Origin: Escherichia phage T5_ev219
Length of the DNA stretch: 64,000 nt
Sequence record: NC_134263.1
Reading direction: 5' to 3' (one strand)
Position numbers and translations under genes: made by a program. The notes beneath the pieces were generated by a model. That model had not been told where the DNA came from and made no database searches. It was given only the letters and a program-made list of their open reading frames with translations. Position 1 is the first letter of the stretch. Every line of letters begins with the position of its first letter. Below, in pieces: positions 10,174 to 19,114 of the stretch.

Positions 10174-10202
10174 TTGCTTTCAGCCAAAAATTTATATATA
10201 AT
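10174..10202 (+). promoter_or_regulatory. T5-type early promoter (TTGCTT-17-TATAAT) with conserved leader ending in GAGGAG
   Basis: Hexamers at 10174-10179 and 10197-10202. Confidence 0.7.
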
Positions 10203-10230
10203 AGATTTATAAATTTGAGAGGAGAAAGCT

Positions 10231-10512
10231 ATGAGCGAGTTGCTTCCTAAAGTAGATGTCTCCCATCTTGGAGAGCCTAGTGAAGAACGTAAGGCTCTAG
10301 ATTGGTTGGGTGGATTTGATTATCGTCGTGTTGTTGCAACATGGAATGTTAAGAAAGTTAAGAAGTTTCGGGTACATTATGTAGGTAAAGACAAGTGGCT
10401 CTGGATTGATTATGAAGAATCAAAGGGGTCTACTAAGGCTGTGAAAATTTATCGTATGTATGGGTATTATTATGCTCACTGTGACAAGAATGAATTTACA
10501 GTACAGAACTAA
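10231..10512 (+). CDS. hypothetical protein
   Basis: ORF track; strong GAGGAG RBS. Confidence 0.55.
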   Translation: MSELLPKVDVSHLGEPSEERKALDWLGGFDYRRVVATWNVKKVKKFRVHYVGKDKWLWIDYEESKGSTKAVKIYRMYGYYYAHCDKNEFTVQN

Positions 10513-10521
10513 GGAACAAGA

Positions 10522-10725
10522 ATGAAAAACGTAAAACATCTTAAATATCGCTTAATTTACAACGGACGTATGGAAACAGAAGACCTGGCCCAGTTAGCTA
10601 TTAATTCTAATGAGGTTACAGTGCGTGCGCTGGCAATTGAAAAGTTGCGTGCTTCTTATGAAAATCGTGTTATGGAACTAGAGGAGAAACTTTATGGACT
10701 TCTTGAATCAGAATCTAAAAAGTAA
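10522..10725 (+). CDS. hypothetical protein
   Basis: ORF track; AAGGAA RBS. Confidence 0.5.
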   Translation: MKNVKHLKYRLIYNGRMETEDLAQLAINSNEVTVRALAIEKLRASYENRVMELEEKLYGLLESESKK

Positions 10726-10888
10726 TCCAGAAAACATACTTATTGAGCAATGGAACTTTGGTTATAATGCTGGTGTAGCTACTTGTATTGCTAGATTGGA
10801 TATGCTTATTAAGCAAGAAAAGGTGCGTCCGGAGGAAGCAATTTTACTCCGAAATATTATCGAAGGATTTAAGCAAGGAATCGTATAG
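10694..10888 (+). CDS. hypothetical protein
   Basis: ORF track; GAGGAG RBS; stop overlaps next start. Confidence 0.45.
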   Translation: MDFLNQNLKSNPENILIEQWNFGYNAGVATCIARLDMLIKQEKVRPEEAILLRNIIEGFKQGIV

Positions 10889-11712
10889 TGCGTAGATTAA
10901 TTATTATTAGCGGTGCGGGTTTGAGTGTTGAAAGTGGTGTACGAGCTTTTCGTACTGATACTGCTAGTGGTAAAGCATTGTGGGATGATTATGATCTAGA
11001 AGAAGTATGTAATATTCATGCCTTTCGTGGTAATTTTTACCATAAAACCCATATGTTTTACAACAAGCGACGTGAAGAGCTAGAAACTGTTGAACCTAAC
11101 CTTGCGCATCTTCGTATTGGTGAGTGGTATAAGAAATATCCGGGTCAAGTAGTAAATTTGACTACTAATGTTGATGACCTTATTGAGCGTGCTGGTGTTC
11201 CTCATAATGATATTCTCCACATTCATGGATACTTAAAGGAGGTTGTTGTAGCTGATAGCTACAATAGTAGTAATAAACGAATTATTGATGTTGGGTATAA
11301 CTCTATTGACCCAGATGATTATAAATGGGCTAAACCTAATGTAATCTTCTTTGGTGAGCATGCTCCAGCGTACGCAGAAATGTACAATATTTTTGATGGT
11401 ATTACTAGTCAAGATATGATCGTTGTAGTTGGTTGCTCTAATCAAGTAATTAATTTCTACTGGGAATTATTTCCTGTTCTTAATTTGACTGCTGCTAAAC
11501 TTATGGTTGTTAACTACTACGATAGTGCCCTAGCGGCAGAACCAGGCTATCAAGGTATGACTCGTAGTGATATGTACCAGTTGGAAGAACGGGGTATTCC
11601 TTACTGGAGTAAAGGTGCGGTAGATGCTTTCAGTGATCCTGGTTTTATCGCTCGTATAGAAGCTCATCTAGAGGGTAGACCTTATATGCAGGGGGAACAG
11701 ACATGTCCATAG
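10888..11712 (+). CDS. Sir2-like (sirtuin-family) NAD-binding protein lacking the Zn-ribbon module
   Basis: GTG start; sirtuin motifs GAGLSVESGVRAFR, TTNVDDLIERAG, HIHG, VIFFGE, VVVGCSN; no CxxC pairs. Confidence 0.6.
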   Translation: MRRLIIISGAGLSVESGVRAFRTDTASGKALWDDYDLEEVCNIHAFRGNFYHKTHMFYNKRREELETVEPNLAHLRIGEWYKKYPGQVVNLTTNVDDLIERAGVPHNDILHIHGYLKEVVVADSYNSSNKRIIDVGYNSIDPDDYKWAKPNVIFFGEHAPAYAEMYNIFDGITSQDMIVVVGCSNQVINFYWELFPVLNLTAAKLMVVNYYDSALAAEPGYQGMTRSDMYQLEERGIPYWSKGAVDAFSDPGFIARIEAHLEGRPYMQGEQTCP

Positions 11713-11885
11713 TTAAATCTGTGTATACACATCCAGATGATATATTTGTATGGGCGGATGGTAGTTGGTGCTATCGATGTGAGTTATGGGAAATGGACTA
11801 TAAATCTGAGGACTATGGTGTCATATATGTTGATACGGTTGAGTATGATACGTTCTTAGAAAGGGACAAAAATGGAAATAAGTAA
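11703..11885 (+). CDS. hypothetical small acidic protein
   Basis: ORF track; overlaps neighbours in operon-like packing. Confidence 0.4.
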   Translation: MSIVKSVYTHPDDIFVWADGSWCYRCELWEMDYKSEDYGVIYVDTVEYDTFLERDKNGNK

Positions 11886-12378
11886 TACTCCAATTATTTT
11901 TCTAGACATTGATGGGGTGCTTAATTCTAGCATCTCCCACCATCATGCACCTGATGATGAAAAGATTTTCTTTGGAAGTGACTGGGTTTTTAAACCGCTT
12001 CTCAAGGCTTTTCAGGACTTTATTCGTCCTTCTCCAATAATGATTGTTGGGGTATCTTCATGGTTCTCTGTCAGGAATGAGATGGAGAACGTTCAGATTA
12101 TGACCGGATTAGATCTTATCGATCGTTTTCTTGGTACAACGGATTTTACTGGTGGTGGGCTATCTAGGGGTAATTCTGTTCTTCGCTTCGTTGAAAAGCA
12201 TAAGCTCAAACATTGGTGTGTGCTGGATGATGCTGGTGCTATGATGTATCAGTATCCAACGGTTATAGTCAACGGTAGAACCGGAATAAATCTTCAAGAT
12301 TTAAGAGCTGTTAGCTATATGTTAGAATTTAGTCCAGATCTTGAAATGTGTAAAGCCCTACAAAAATTTAAGGTGTAA
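11872..12378 (+). CDS. HAD-superfamily phosphatase (5'-nucleotidase-like)
   Basis: N-terminal HAD motif I FLDIDGVLN. Confidence 0.55.
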   Translation: MEISNTPIIFLDIDGVLNSSISHHHAPDDEKIFFGSDWVFKPLLKAFQDFIRPSPIMIVGVSSWFSVRNEMENVQIMTGLDLIDRFLGTTDFTGGGLSRGNSVLRFVEKHKLKHWCVLDDAGAMMYQYPTVIVNGRTGINLQDLRAVSYMLEFSPDLEMCKALQKFKV

Positions 12379-12380
12379 AT

Positions 12381-12809
12381 ATGTTCAATAATATACTCTC
12401 TAAAGAGGCTAACCCGATATTGGTTAATTTTTGGCGTACTCTTCCAGCCAACCTGTACAATGAGGCTATTAATGATCTGAAAATATGGTGTGAGAATAAT
12501 GAAATCTCCTTTGCTTTTAAGGGTGAGATTGAAGAAGCTCCCTGTATTGGTTTAATTGTGCAGGTAGAGGATGGTCTGGAAGAGATTGTCGGCTGGAAAG
12601 AGTTGGATGAAATGGGGTTGGTTTTTGCATTAAACTATAAGCTATTTATGCCCAATAAACACCGTATTGTTGTTAATTATAAAACCAGTGAATCTCCTGG
12701 TTTTCAAGTTAATGAACACTACGGTTGGTCTTACTCACCGGAAGAAGTAAATGATGGTATCCAAAAACTTCGTCGTTTTGGTTATCAAATTCCCGGTTTA
12801 ACTGCCTAA
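12381..12809 (+). CDS. hypothetical protein, paralog A of tandem pair
   Basis: Shares W.EL..GL..ALN..LF.P ... R.G..IPGL pattern with 12819-13211. Confidence 0.55.
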   Translation: MFNNILSKEANPILVNFWRTLPANLYNEAINDLKIWCENNEISFAFKGEIEEAPCIGLIVQVEDGLEEIVGWKELDEMGLVFALNYKLFMPNKHRIVVNYKTSESPGFQVNEHYGWSYSPEEVNDGIQKLRRFGYQIPGLTA

Positions 12810-12818
12810 GGGGGCACA

Positions 12819-13211
12819 ATGGAACAAGTATATTGGCGTCAGATTGATCCTAGTTTGGTGAAGCGTGCTGAGAAGCTGCTACAACGTTGGTTGGGGGTAA
12901 GACAAGCCTCCTTCACTTTTCCGGAGCAGCAAATAGACGATCCCTGTGTTGGTGTTTTTCTATCAGGCTACGCTGGGGAATGGGAATTGGATTGGAATGA
13001 ATTGTCTGCTATAGGTCTAATTGTTGCCCTAAATTTCTCTTTGTTCCATCCACGTGGTTTGGCCATATGTCGTGTGCCTGATGACGGTTGTTCGCCCTAT
13101 CTTTTACAGGTGGAAGATGATATTTGGGAGTACACTCCAGATATTCTCAAAGAAGCCAAAGAACAATTAAACCGTGTTGGGATCTATGTTCCGGGGCTAA
13201 ATGATAAATGA
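12819..13211 (+). CDS. hypothetical protein, paralog B of tandem pair
   Basis: Paralog of 12381-12809; good RBS AAGGGGG. Confidence 0.55.
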   Translation: MEQVYWRQIDPSLVKRAEKLLQRWLGVRQASFTFPEQQIDDPCVGVFLSGYAGEWELDWNELSAIGLIVALNFSLFHPRGLAICRVPDDGCSPYLLQVEDDIWEYTPDILKEAKEQLNRVGIYVPGLNDK

Positions 13212-13234
13212 TTTTTATTAGTTGACCTCTGATT

Positions 13235-13260
13235 ACCGAGTCATTTTGGCTCGGTTTTCT
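13235..13260 (+). terminator. rho-independent terminator
   Basis: Hairpin accgag...ctcggt followed by TTTTCT. Confidence 0.5.
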
Positions 13261-13302
13261 CTATGCTCAAAGACACTGATAGCACCATCCGGAAAATTTT
13301 AC

Positions 13303-13331
13303 TTGCAGGATGCCCAAAATCTTGATATAAT
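13303..13331 (+). promoter_or_regulatory. sigma70-type promoter (TTGCAG-17-TATAAT)
   Basis: Hexamers at 13303-13308 and 13326-13331; about 500 nt upstream of next ORF. Confidence 0.5.
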
Positions 13332-13828
13332 ATTTATATTGAATTGAGAGACATTAGTAAAAATTGATTTTGCTAATTTTTCTTGTTTACAATCCGCGAT
13401 ACGGAACAGTTAGGCTGCCCCATTAAGGGTTGTTTTAACTATTACTAGTGTTTATATTGCATTAGTTAATCTTCAATTAAGTGATCTGTGTACCCTGAAT
13501 TCGGAAAGGTAAATCCAAACCGTGCATATTTAGCTCGTTATATAGGCAGAGTTTTATATGGGGGTGCGAACGAAAAGAGCAGCGAATGGCGGCACGTACA
13601 GTAGTCACCTACCAATAGGATAGTGAGGACAAATAGAATCGGCTTAGCGGCCAATGACCTAGGTTCTATTCTGTATATGAGCGAAGAGAGCACAGCACTG
13701 AGATATGATAACTTATTCATATTGTTTGATGATAATTGATGTTTACGTAAATAGTAGTAATAGTTGTTCTATTCTTTCTGAATAGTCCTAAAGAAAAGAT
13801 TTCGATTAACCAACACAGGAGTATTGTT

Positions 13829-16618
13829 GTGTTTTCTATCCTCCAAGGTCACGCCGGATTTTCTCGTGATTTAGCAACAGGTATTTGGCGAGAAATCAAA
13901 GCGGAAGATTATACCTTTGCCAAGCGATTCTCGAAAGAGCATCCAGAAGGTAAACCAGCTTCTATGCCCTTCAAATTTGATGTAATAGAAGAGCACGACC
14001 CACAAAGCCTTGCCGAAATGTTACCCCTTATGAGACGTTTAACGTCTGACCCTCATATCGTTGCGGTACGAGGTCGATGTCTTGCACCTAAAAATAATGT
14101 GCGACGTAAGAAAGGTAACTTTAATGTATCTAATCCTAGTAATATTATTGCTATGGACGTGGATGGTATCCTAGATACCGGTGGGTATGACAAATTTAAT
14201 CTTGTTGGTATGGCCCGCCACATTATTAAGATGTTGAATAGTATTAGTGAGGACATGTTCCCTCTTGATGCAGGCTTTATAGCTCATGCATCGTCTTCGG
14301 CTGGGCTTAAACCAGGTATCCGAATGCACTTAATGCTAGAATCTAACGTCAAGGTAACTCAGGGTCAGCTAAAGTTCTTATTTACATCTATCAACGATAG
14401 TAGTAAGCAAAAATTTGGTTTTGATATTGCCGACCTAGCTTATTATTCATCTGTCCAGCTCCACTATTTTGCCGACCCCTTATTTAGCGATGGTATTGTT
14501 GATCCGTTTAAAGCGGAGAGTAAGCCACGTCTGGTGTATGTTAAAGGTTCGAAAGTAAATTTGCCCAATAATCTAGTTGACTATGAAACAACTAGAGGGG
14601 AGTTTAAGGAAGAGTTTTATTCTTTACTTGATCAAATTAAAGGCAAAAAGATTGCTTCTGATAAAGTAGAAGAAACCATCAGCGAGTTAGAAGAGGCTGA
14701 TGATGGAGTGTATTTGCGTATTATCCCCAAACTATACCATAGAGCATTAGAGGATGGTGTTGATTTTGCATGGCTAGAACGTGAGATTAAACCAGCTTTA
14801 TCCGAATATATTGCAACTAAAGATAACAGTCGTAATATTCAAGATTACTTTAATAACGGTCGTAAGCAGGCTCTCAAAGCGTTTGTTAATAATTCTAAAC
14901 GTGAGATTCCATTAAATCTGAAAGGTGTTCCACTTAAGAAATTAGAAGTGGATTCTCCACCAGAAGTTCCATACCTGAAGATTAACATTGTGCCCCCAAA
15001 AGGCCATATAACATTTGTTAAGGCAAGTCTTGGTACGGGTAAAACTACGGCAGTAACTAAATGGCTGGACGCAGGTGTTCTTCCGGGCAACTTTTTAGCA
15101 GTTACAAATACTAGAGCACTGGTATCTTCAAATGCCAAGAAATTTAGTGCAGGACAATACGATAAGTCTGTAGATATGCTCAACTTTAAACGTGGGGCTA
15201 TTGATCGTATGTCCACAACTATTCACTCTTTGCATAAGTTCAAAAGTTTTATTGGTCAAATAGACACCATTTTTATTGACGAATGTGACGCTGTAATGAA
15301 TGACCTATTATTCGCCCCTGTTGTTAAACAACGTCGCGAGTGTATTCAAGTTCTACGTGACATCCTCATGACAGCTAAAACTGTAATCTTATCCGATGGT
15401 GATATTAGTGCTGAGACTATTGAAGCATATGGTTCTCTAATTGATTTTGATAAACCGGTTGCATTTTATAATCATCATCGTAAGATGCTGTCAAAAGCTC
15501 ATGCTTATGAGTTCCCTGATGAGTCCAGTATTTGGGTTGCACTTCAAACATCTCTAGAGATGGGTGAAAAATCTATTCTAGTATCTGATTGTGGCCCTGA
15601 TGAGCTGAATGAGAAGGGTATGGCACTACGTCGTAATACTGGTGCATTAGTTAAGGAAATCCATTCAAACTCCACATCTGATGTGGATATTAGACGTATT
15701 CTGGATTACACAACTAATGAGCTAATTGATCAACAAATTGATTGCTTATTATGTAGTCCATCCGTAACGAGTGGAGTTGACTTCAACTACTTCGATAACG
15801 TATTTGTTATTACGAGAACTAGTAATCAAGCGCCAAACATGCGTTTTCAAGCAATCAGGCGCGACCGTGGTGCTCAGAATATCTATTATTTTATTGATAA
15901 ATCCACTAGTGGGTTCTCCGCAGGTTCTGAACAATATAATATTGATGAAGGTTGGCTGGAGTTAGCACAGCAATTATACGCACGTCGCAGGGAGCTGGAA
16001 TCTAGGAACTATACTAGTACTTTACGTTATTACTTGCTTGATCAAGGTGCAACTATTGATATTTTCAGCGAAAGCTGGGGAACTATTGAAGGTGCTGGTA
16101 AAGAGTACACAGAAGAGCGAATCAAAGCTATTCTACATTCAACTCCTGATTATTGTGCCCCACGTCATGCGGATGCGTATGAAGCTAAGCTACTTCTTGT
16201 TCGCTATTATCATCTTGAGTCTATTAAAGATGTAACAGTTGAGCATGTTGAACAATATATCAAAGATAAGCCAAATGATCGAGCTGCATTCTTCCATAAG
16301 ATGCACGAGATGTTCTGGGAGGATATTAAGAAGTGTTCAAATGTGACCATTAAACCATTCATAGAGGCTCTGAAAGGTAAGAAAAAGGACTTCTTCCTTA
16401 AAACAGGCCAGAGTGCGAACCCAAAATATGCAAGAATGTACCTCGGTATGATGGGTATTGGTAAGGATATGAACACTGAAAATATCGTAGACTGGTATAG
16501 AACCTATTGTAAAATCGAGTGTATGCCAATTCCTTATAAGTTTATGACTGATGAGGAGAAACATATGCATGATGAAGCAATGTCAGAACTAGGTGCTAGA
16601 AATGACAGTGAAGAATAA
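13829..16618 (+). CDS. replication-initiator-type helicase (origin-binding-protein-like SF2 ATPase with primase-like N-terminal domain)
   Basis: GTG start with AGGAG RBS; Walker A GTGKT, Walker B IFIDECD; N-terminal IAMDVDG acidic motif; 929 aa. Confidence 0.65.
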   Translation: MFSILQGHAGFSRDLATGIWREIKAEDYTFAKRFSKEHPEGKPASMPFKFDVIEEHDPQSLAEMLPLMRRLTSDPHIVAVRGRCLAPKNNVRRKKGNFNVSNPSNIIAMDVDGILDTGGYDKFNLVGMARHIIKMLNSISEDMFPLDAGFIAHASSSAGLKPGIRMHLMLESNVKVTQGQLKFLFTSINDSSKQKFGFDIADLAYYSSVQLHYFADPLFSDGIVDPFKAESKPRLVYVKGSKVNLPNNLVDYETTRGEFKEEFYSLLDQIKGKKIASDKVEETISELEEADDGVYLRIIPKLYHRALEDGVDFAWLEREIKPALSEYIATKDNSRNIQDYFNNGRKQALKAFVNNSKREIPLNLKGVPLKKLEVDSPPEVPYLKINIVPPKGHITFVKASLGTGKTTAVTKWLDAGVLPGNFLAVTNTRALVSSNAKKFSAGQYDKSVDMLNFKRGAIDRMSTTIHSLHKFKSFIGQIDTIFIDECDAVMNDLLFAPVVKQRRECIQVLRDILMTAKTVILSDGDISAETIEAYGSLIDFDKPVAFYNHHRKMLSKAHAYEFPDESSIWVALQTSLEMGEKSILVSDCGPDELNEKGMALRRNTGALVKEIHSNSTSDVDIRRILDYTTNELIDQQIDCLLCSPSVTSGVDFNYFDNVFVITRTSNQAPNMRFQAIRRDRGAQNIYYFIDKSTSGFSAGSEQYNIDEGWLELAQQLYARRRELESRNYTSTLRYYLLDQGATIDIFSESWGTIEGAGKEYTEERIKAILHSTPDYCAPRHADAYEAKLLLVRYYHLESIKDVTVEHVEQYIKDKPNDRAAFFHKMHEMFWEDIKKCSNVTIKPFIEALKGKKKDFFLKTGQSANPKYARMYLGMMGIGKDMNTENIVDWYRTYCKIECMPIPYKFMTDEEKHMHDEAMSELGARNDSEE

Positions 16619-16835
16619 AAAATGGGAAACAAGGAAGTTTCCAGTAAAAGAACGTAAAGTTCCTGTTTATGATACTTCGGAAAAGCTATGTAGGGTGGTT
16701 CCGCACAGATTAGCTGGCATCCCTAACATATCCGAGTGGTTACTTAAACAACGGAGGACTAACGTATCTCTTCGCATAGGGTTTGAGTTAGATAAAGTAT
16801 ATGCTGAACTTTCTTCTTTGCTCAAGGAATCGTAA
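16602..16835 (+). CDS. hypothetical protein
   Basis: ORF track 16593-16835 (GTG); ATG at 16602 more likely; weak RBS. Confidence 0.35.
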   Translation: MTVKNKKWETRKFPVKERKVPVYDTSEKLCRVVPHRLAGIPNISEWLLKQRRTNVSLRIGFELDKVYAELSSLLKES

Positions 16836-16843
16836 AAATTTAT

Positions 16844-16872
16844 TTGCTTTCAGGAAAATTTTTCTGTATAAT
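16844..16872 (+). promoter_or_regulatory. T5-type early promoter (TTGCTT-17-TATAAT) with conserved leader
   Basis: Near-identical to the promoter at 10174-10202, leader included. Confidence 0.7.
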
Positions 16873-16903
16873 AGATTCATAAATTTGAGAGAGGAGTTTA
16901 AAT

Positions 16904-17608
16904 ATGGCTGGTTCTCGCAGAAAGAAACATATCCATGAAATCCCTGATGAAGTCTTTAAAAAAGTTATAGAGCATCTGGAGAACGGTGGTACTAAGAAAG
17001 CAGCATGTGAGATGCTCGGCGTATCATCCAATCCGACTATGGAAAGGATGATAGAAGAGTGGCAAGATCGCCAAATTCAGGTTGCCGAGATGAAGAAAAA
17101 GAAACGTGGTACACTCATTGAAGGTATTGAGTTGGCCAACGTTATTGAACAGTATCTATCTGGTGATTCTTTTGAAGAGATTGCCGATCGTAACTACCGC
17201 TCTGTAGCAATGGTTAAATCTGTTCTAGAACGATATGGTGCTCTACTTCGTTTGAACGATATTGTAGACCCCTTGAATCCTCCAATTATTCCTGACGATG
17301 CTGTAGCAGAAGAATTTGAGGTTGGAGAACTTGTTTGGGTTCCTGGATACCAGTGTATCGGTGAAATCAAAAAAGCAATGGATAACCCTGTTGGTTGTTA
17401 TCGAGTCTGGTTACTATCGGAAGGCAAACAACAGAACGTTCATTATATGAATTACGAGCTGGCTTCTGTTAAACATCTGGAAAAGTTAGGGGTTGACGTA
17501 AAATCTCTGGGGTACAAGTGGACTCGTGAAGAAGTTATTACGTTGATTAACGAAGCTGTTAAGGCTGCCTTGAAACTTGATAAAGAAAAAGGAAAACGCC
17601 GTGAGTAG
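16904..17608 (+). CDS. putative DNA-binding protein with two HTH motifs
   Basis: N-terminal HTH (GGTKKAACEMLGVSSNPTMERMI) and second HTH-like segment; GAGGAG RBS. Confidence 0.55.
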   Translation: MAGSRRKKHIHEIPDEVFKKVIEHLENGGTKKAACEMLGVSSNPTMERMIEEWQDRQIQVAEMKKKKRGTLIEGIELANVIEQYLSGDSFEEIADRNYRSVAMVKSVLERYGALLRLNDIVDPLNPPIIPDDAVAEEFEVGELVWVPGYQCIGEIKKAMDNPVGCYRVWLLSEGKQQNVHYMNYELASVKHLEKLGVDVKSLGYKWTREEVITLINEAVKAALKLDKEKGKRRE

Positions 17609-17852
17609 ACTAACTGATTTACTTAAAGATGGGGAAGTAAAAACACTATATCGCAGAAGCTGGGATAACGATAATAACGGCTTAGTGTTACTAACTTTAG
17701 ATGCTGACTCGGATGTAGTTACTCAGCATACTTGGATAGCCGGTAACTATCCATATAGCGAGGTTGTTTCATTAACAGTATGCGAAGCTATTGCGGACGA
17801 TTGGGAGGTTGCCAGCATTGATGATATGCTCGCTGTTGGCCTGGTGGAGTAA
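17601..17852 (+). CDS. hypothetical acidic protein
   Basis: ORF track 17577 (TTG) trimmed to GTG at 17601 with AAGGAAA RBS. Confidence 0.4.
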   Translation: MSRLTDLLKDGEVKTLYRRSWDNDNNGLVLLTLDADSDVVTQHTWIAGNYPYSEVVSLTVCEAIADDWEVASIDDMLAVGLVE

Positions 17853-17869
17853 CTACTTAAAAATTTCAG

Positions 17870-17898
17870 TTGCTTAATCCTACAATTCTTGATATAAT
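17870..17898 (+). promoter_or_regulatory. sigma70-type promoter (TTGCTT-17-TATAAT)
   Basis: Hexamers at 17870-17875 and 17893-17898. Confidence 0.65.
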
Positions 17899-17955
17899 AT
17901 TCTCATAGTTTGAAAGAACTATTCTGTTTAATTCTTAATTAAGGAAATATAAAAT

Positions 17956-18366
17956 ATGACTACTCCAACTCAGTGGACTGATGAACTGTTCGAAAAAATG
18001 TCTTCCGAATACGTTGCTCGTATGGAGCAATTCCCAGAGGATGAACGTCCGGGTGTTAGCATGGAAATTGTTAGCGAAATTGCCCAGGAAAATGGTGTAA
18101 CTCCGAACGGTTTTCGTATGAAGCTGACTAAAGCAGGTGTGTATATCAAGAAAGCTGCTGGCTCTGCTTCTAAATCTAGCGCATCTACTGGAGAAAAAGC
18201 TTCCGGTGGTTCTCGTACCTCCAAAGCCCAGGCTCATGCTGACCTTCGTTCAGCGTTCTCTGATGCTGGCTTAGCACCAGATTTTCTGGATGATGCAATT
18301 ATCGACAAACTGACCGGTAAAGCGGCTGCTCATCTGGCAGAAGCAATCCGAGCTATCACTAAGTAA
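17956..18366 (+). CDS. hypothetical early protein with host-optimised codon usage and Ser/Ala-rich linker
   Basis: ORF track; strong RBS; GC-richer codon choice than neighbours. Confidence 0.6.
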   Translation: MTTPTQWTDELFEKMSSEYVARMEQFPEDERPGVSMEIVSEIAQENGVTPNGFRMKLTKAGVYIKKAAGSASKSSASTGEKASGGSRTSKAQAHADLRSAFSDAGLAPDFLDDAIIDKLTGKAAAHLAEAIRAITK

Positions 18367-18402
18367 TTTTAGATAAATCCACCAACAAAAGGAACTATAG
18401 CT

Positions 18403-18699
18403 ATGACTAAAGCTGAAATTATTGCACAGTGCGAAAAATTTGGTGAGTTTTATCTTCATTACGAGAAACTTCGTCAGAAAGGAACCACGTACCTTCAGGG
18501 TACAATGGAATTTGATCCGGCCCAAGATAAATATCTGGCTGAGCGTATTAAACGCGAACGTATTCGTAAAGCGAAAGATGATGAAATCCTTGTCTTCTCT
18601 CGTACTAATGATAGCTTCCGTTTTATTCCTGTCGAGAAAGTTCGTCGTGTGACTAGCCTCCAATCAGAGTTAGATCGTGCTTCTCCAGTAGGCCGATAA
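18403..18699 (+). CDS. hypothetical protein
   Basis: ORF track; AAAGGAA RBS. Confidence 0.55.
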   Translation: MTKAEIIAQCEKFGEFYLHYEKLRQKGTTYLQGTMEFDPAQDKYLAERIKRERIRKAKDDEILVFSRTNDSFRFIPVEKVRRVTSLQSELDRASPVGR

Positions 18700-18707
18700 G
18701 AAAACAA

Positions 18708-18731
18708 TTAGCCCCTATATGGGGCTTTTTG
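18708..18731 (+). terminator. rho-independent terminator
   Basis: agcccc tatat ggggct hairpin followed by TTTTT. Confidence 0.7.
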
Positions 18732-18749
18732 TGTATTTGGGATATGTAA

Positions 18750-19058
18750 ATGAGCGAACAGGTAAATCAAAACTATGAAGGACACGTTGATGATCAGTCC
18801 ATCATACTTTGGGAGAAGGAGGGGGAACAAGTAAGATTAACAGTATCTGAATTTCGTGGGAATCTATACATGGGTATTCGTTACTGGCTTCTTGATATTA
18901 ATGATGAATGGTTTCCAACGAAATCTGGCTTCTCTTTTCCTTACACCCTAGAAACAACATCACAGCTTTTCTATGCGTTTACACAGATTCTTAGCGAATC
19001 TGAGGTTTTACATGAAGTACAGAAACGAGCTGAAGAACTCAAAGCCAAGAATGCCTAG
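18750..19058 (+). CDS. PC4-like ssDNA-binding / transcriptional coactivator p15-like protein
   Basis: Resembles PC4 C-terminal domain pattern (VRLTVSEFRGNLYMGIRYW...KSGFSF). Confidence 0.45.
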   Translation: MSEQVNQNYEGHVDDQSIILWEKEGEQVRLTVSEFRGNLYMGIRYWLLDINDEWFPTKSGFSFPYTLETTSQLFYAFTQILSESEVLHEVQKRAEELKAKNA

Positions 19059-19072
19059 TTCTTGGCTTTTTC
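19044..19072 (+). terminator. rho-independent terminator
   Basis: gccaagaa tgcctag ttcttggc hairpin then TTTTT. Confidence 0.65.
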
Positions 19073-19085
19073 TTTATAAATGTAT

Positions 19086-19114
19086 TTGCTTTCAACTCAG
19101 TTTTGTTATATAAT
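19086..19114 (+). promoter_or_regulatory. sigma70-type promoter (TTGCTT-17-TATAAT) for the ligase gene
   Basis: Hexamers at 19086-19091 and 19109-19114. Confidence 0.65.

Noticed and set aside
13538-13720. 60-aa minus-strand ORF in the long leader region
   Set aside because: No Shine-Dalgarno and no promoter context; the region is more plausibly non-coding.
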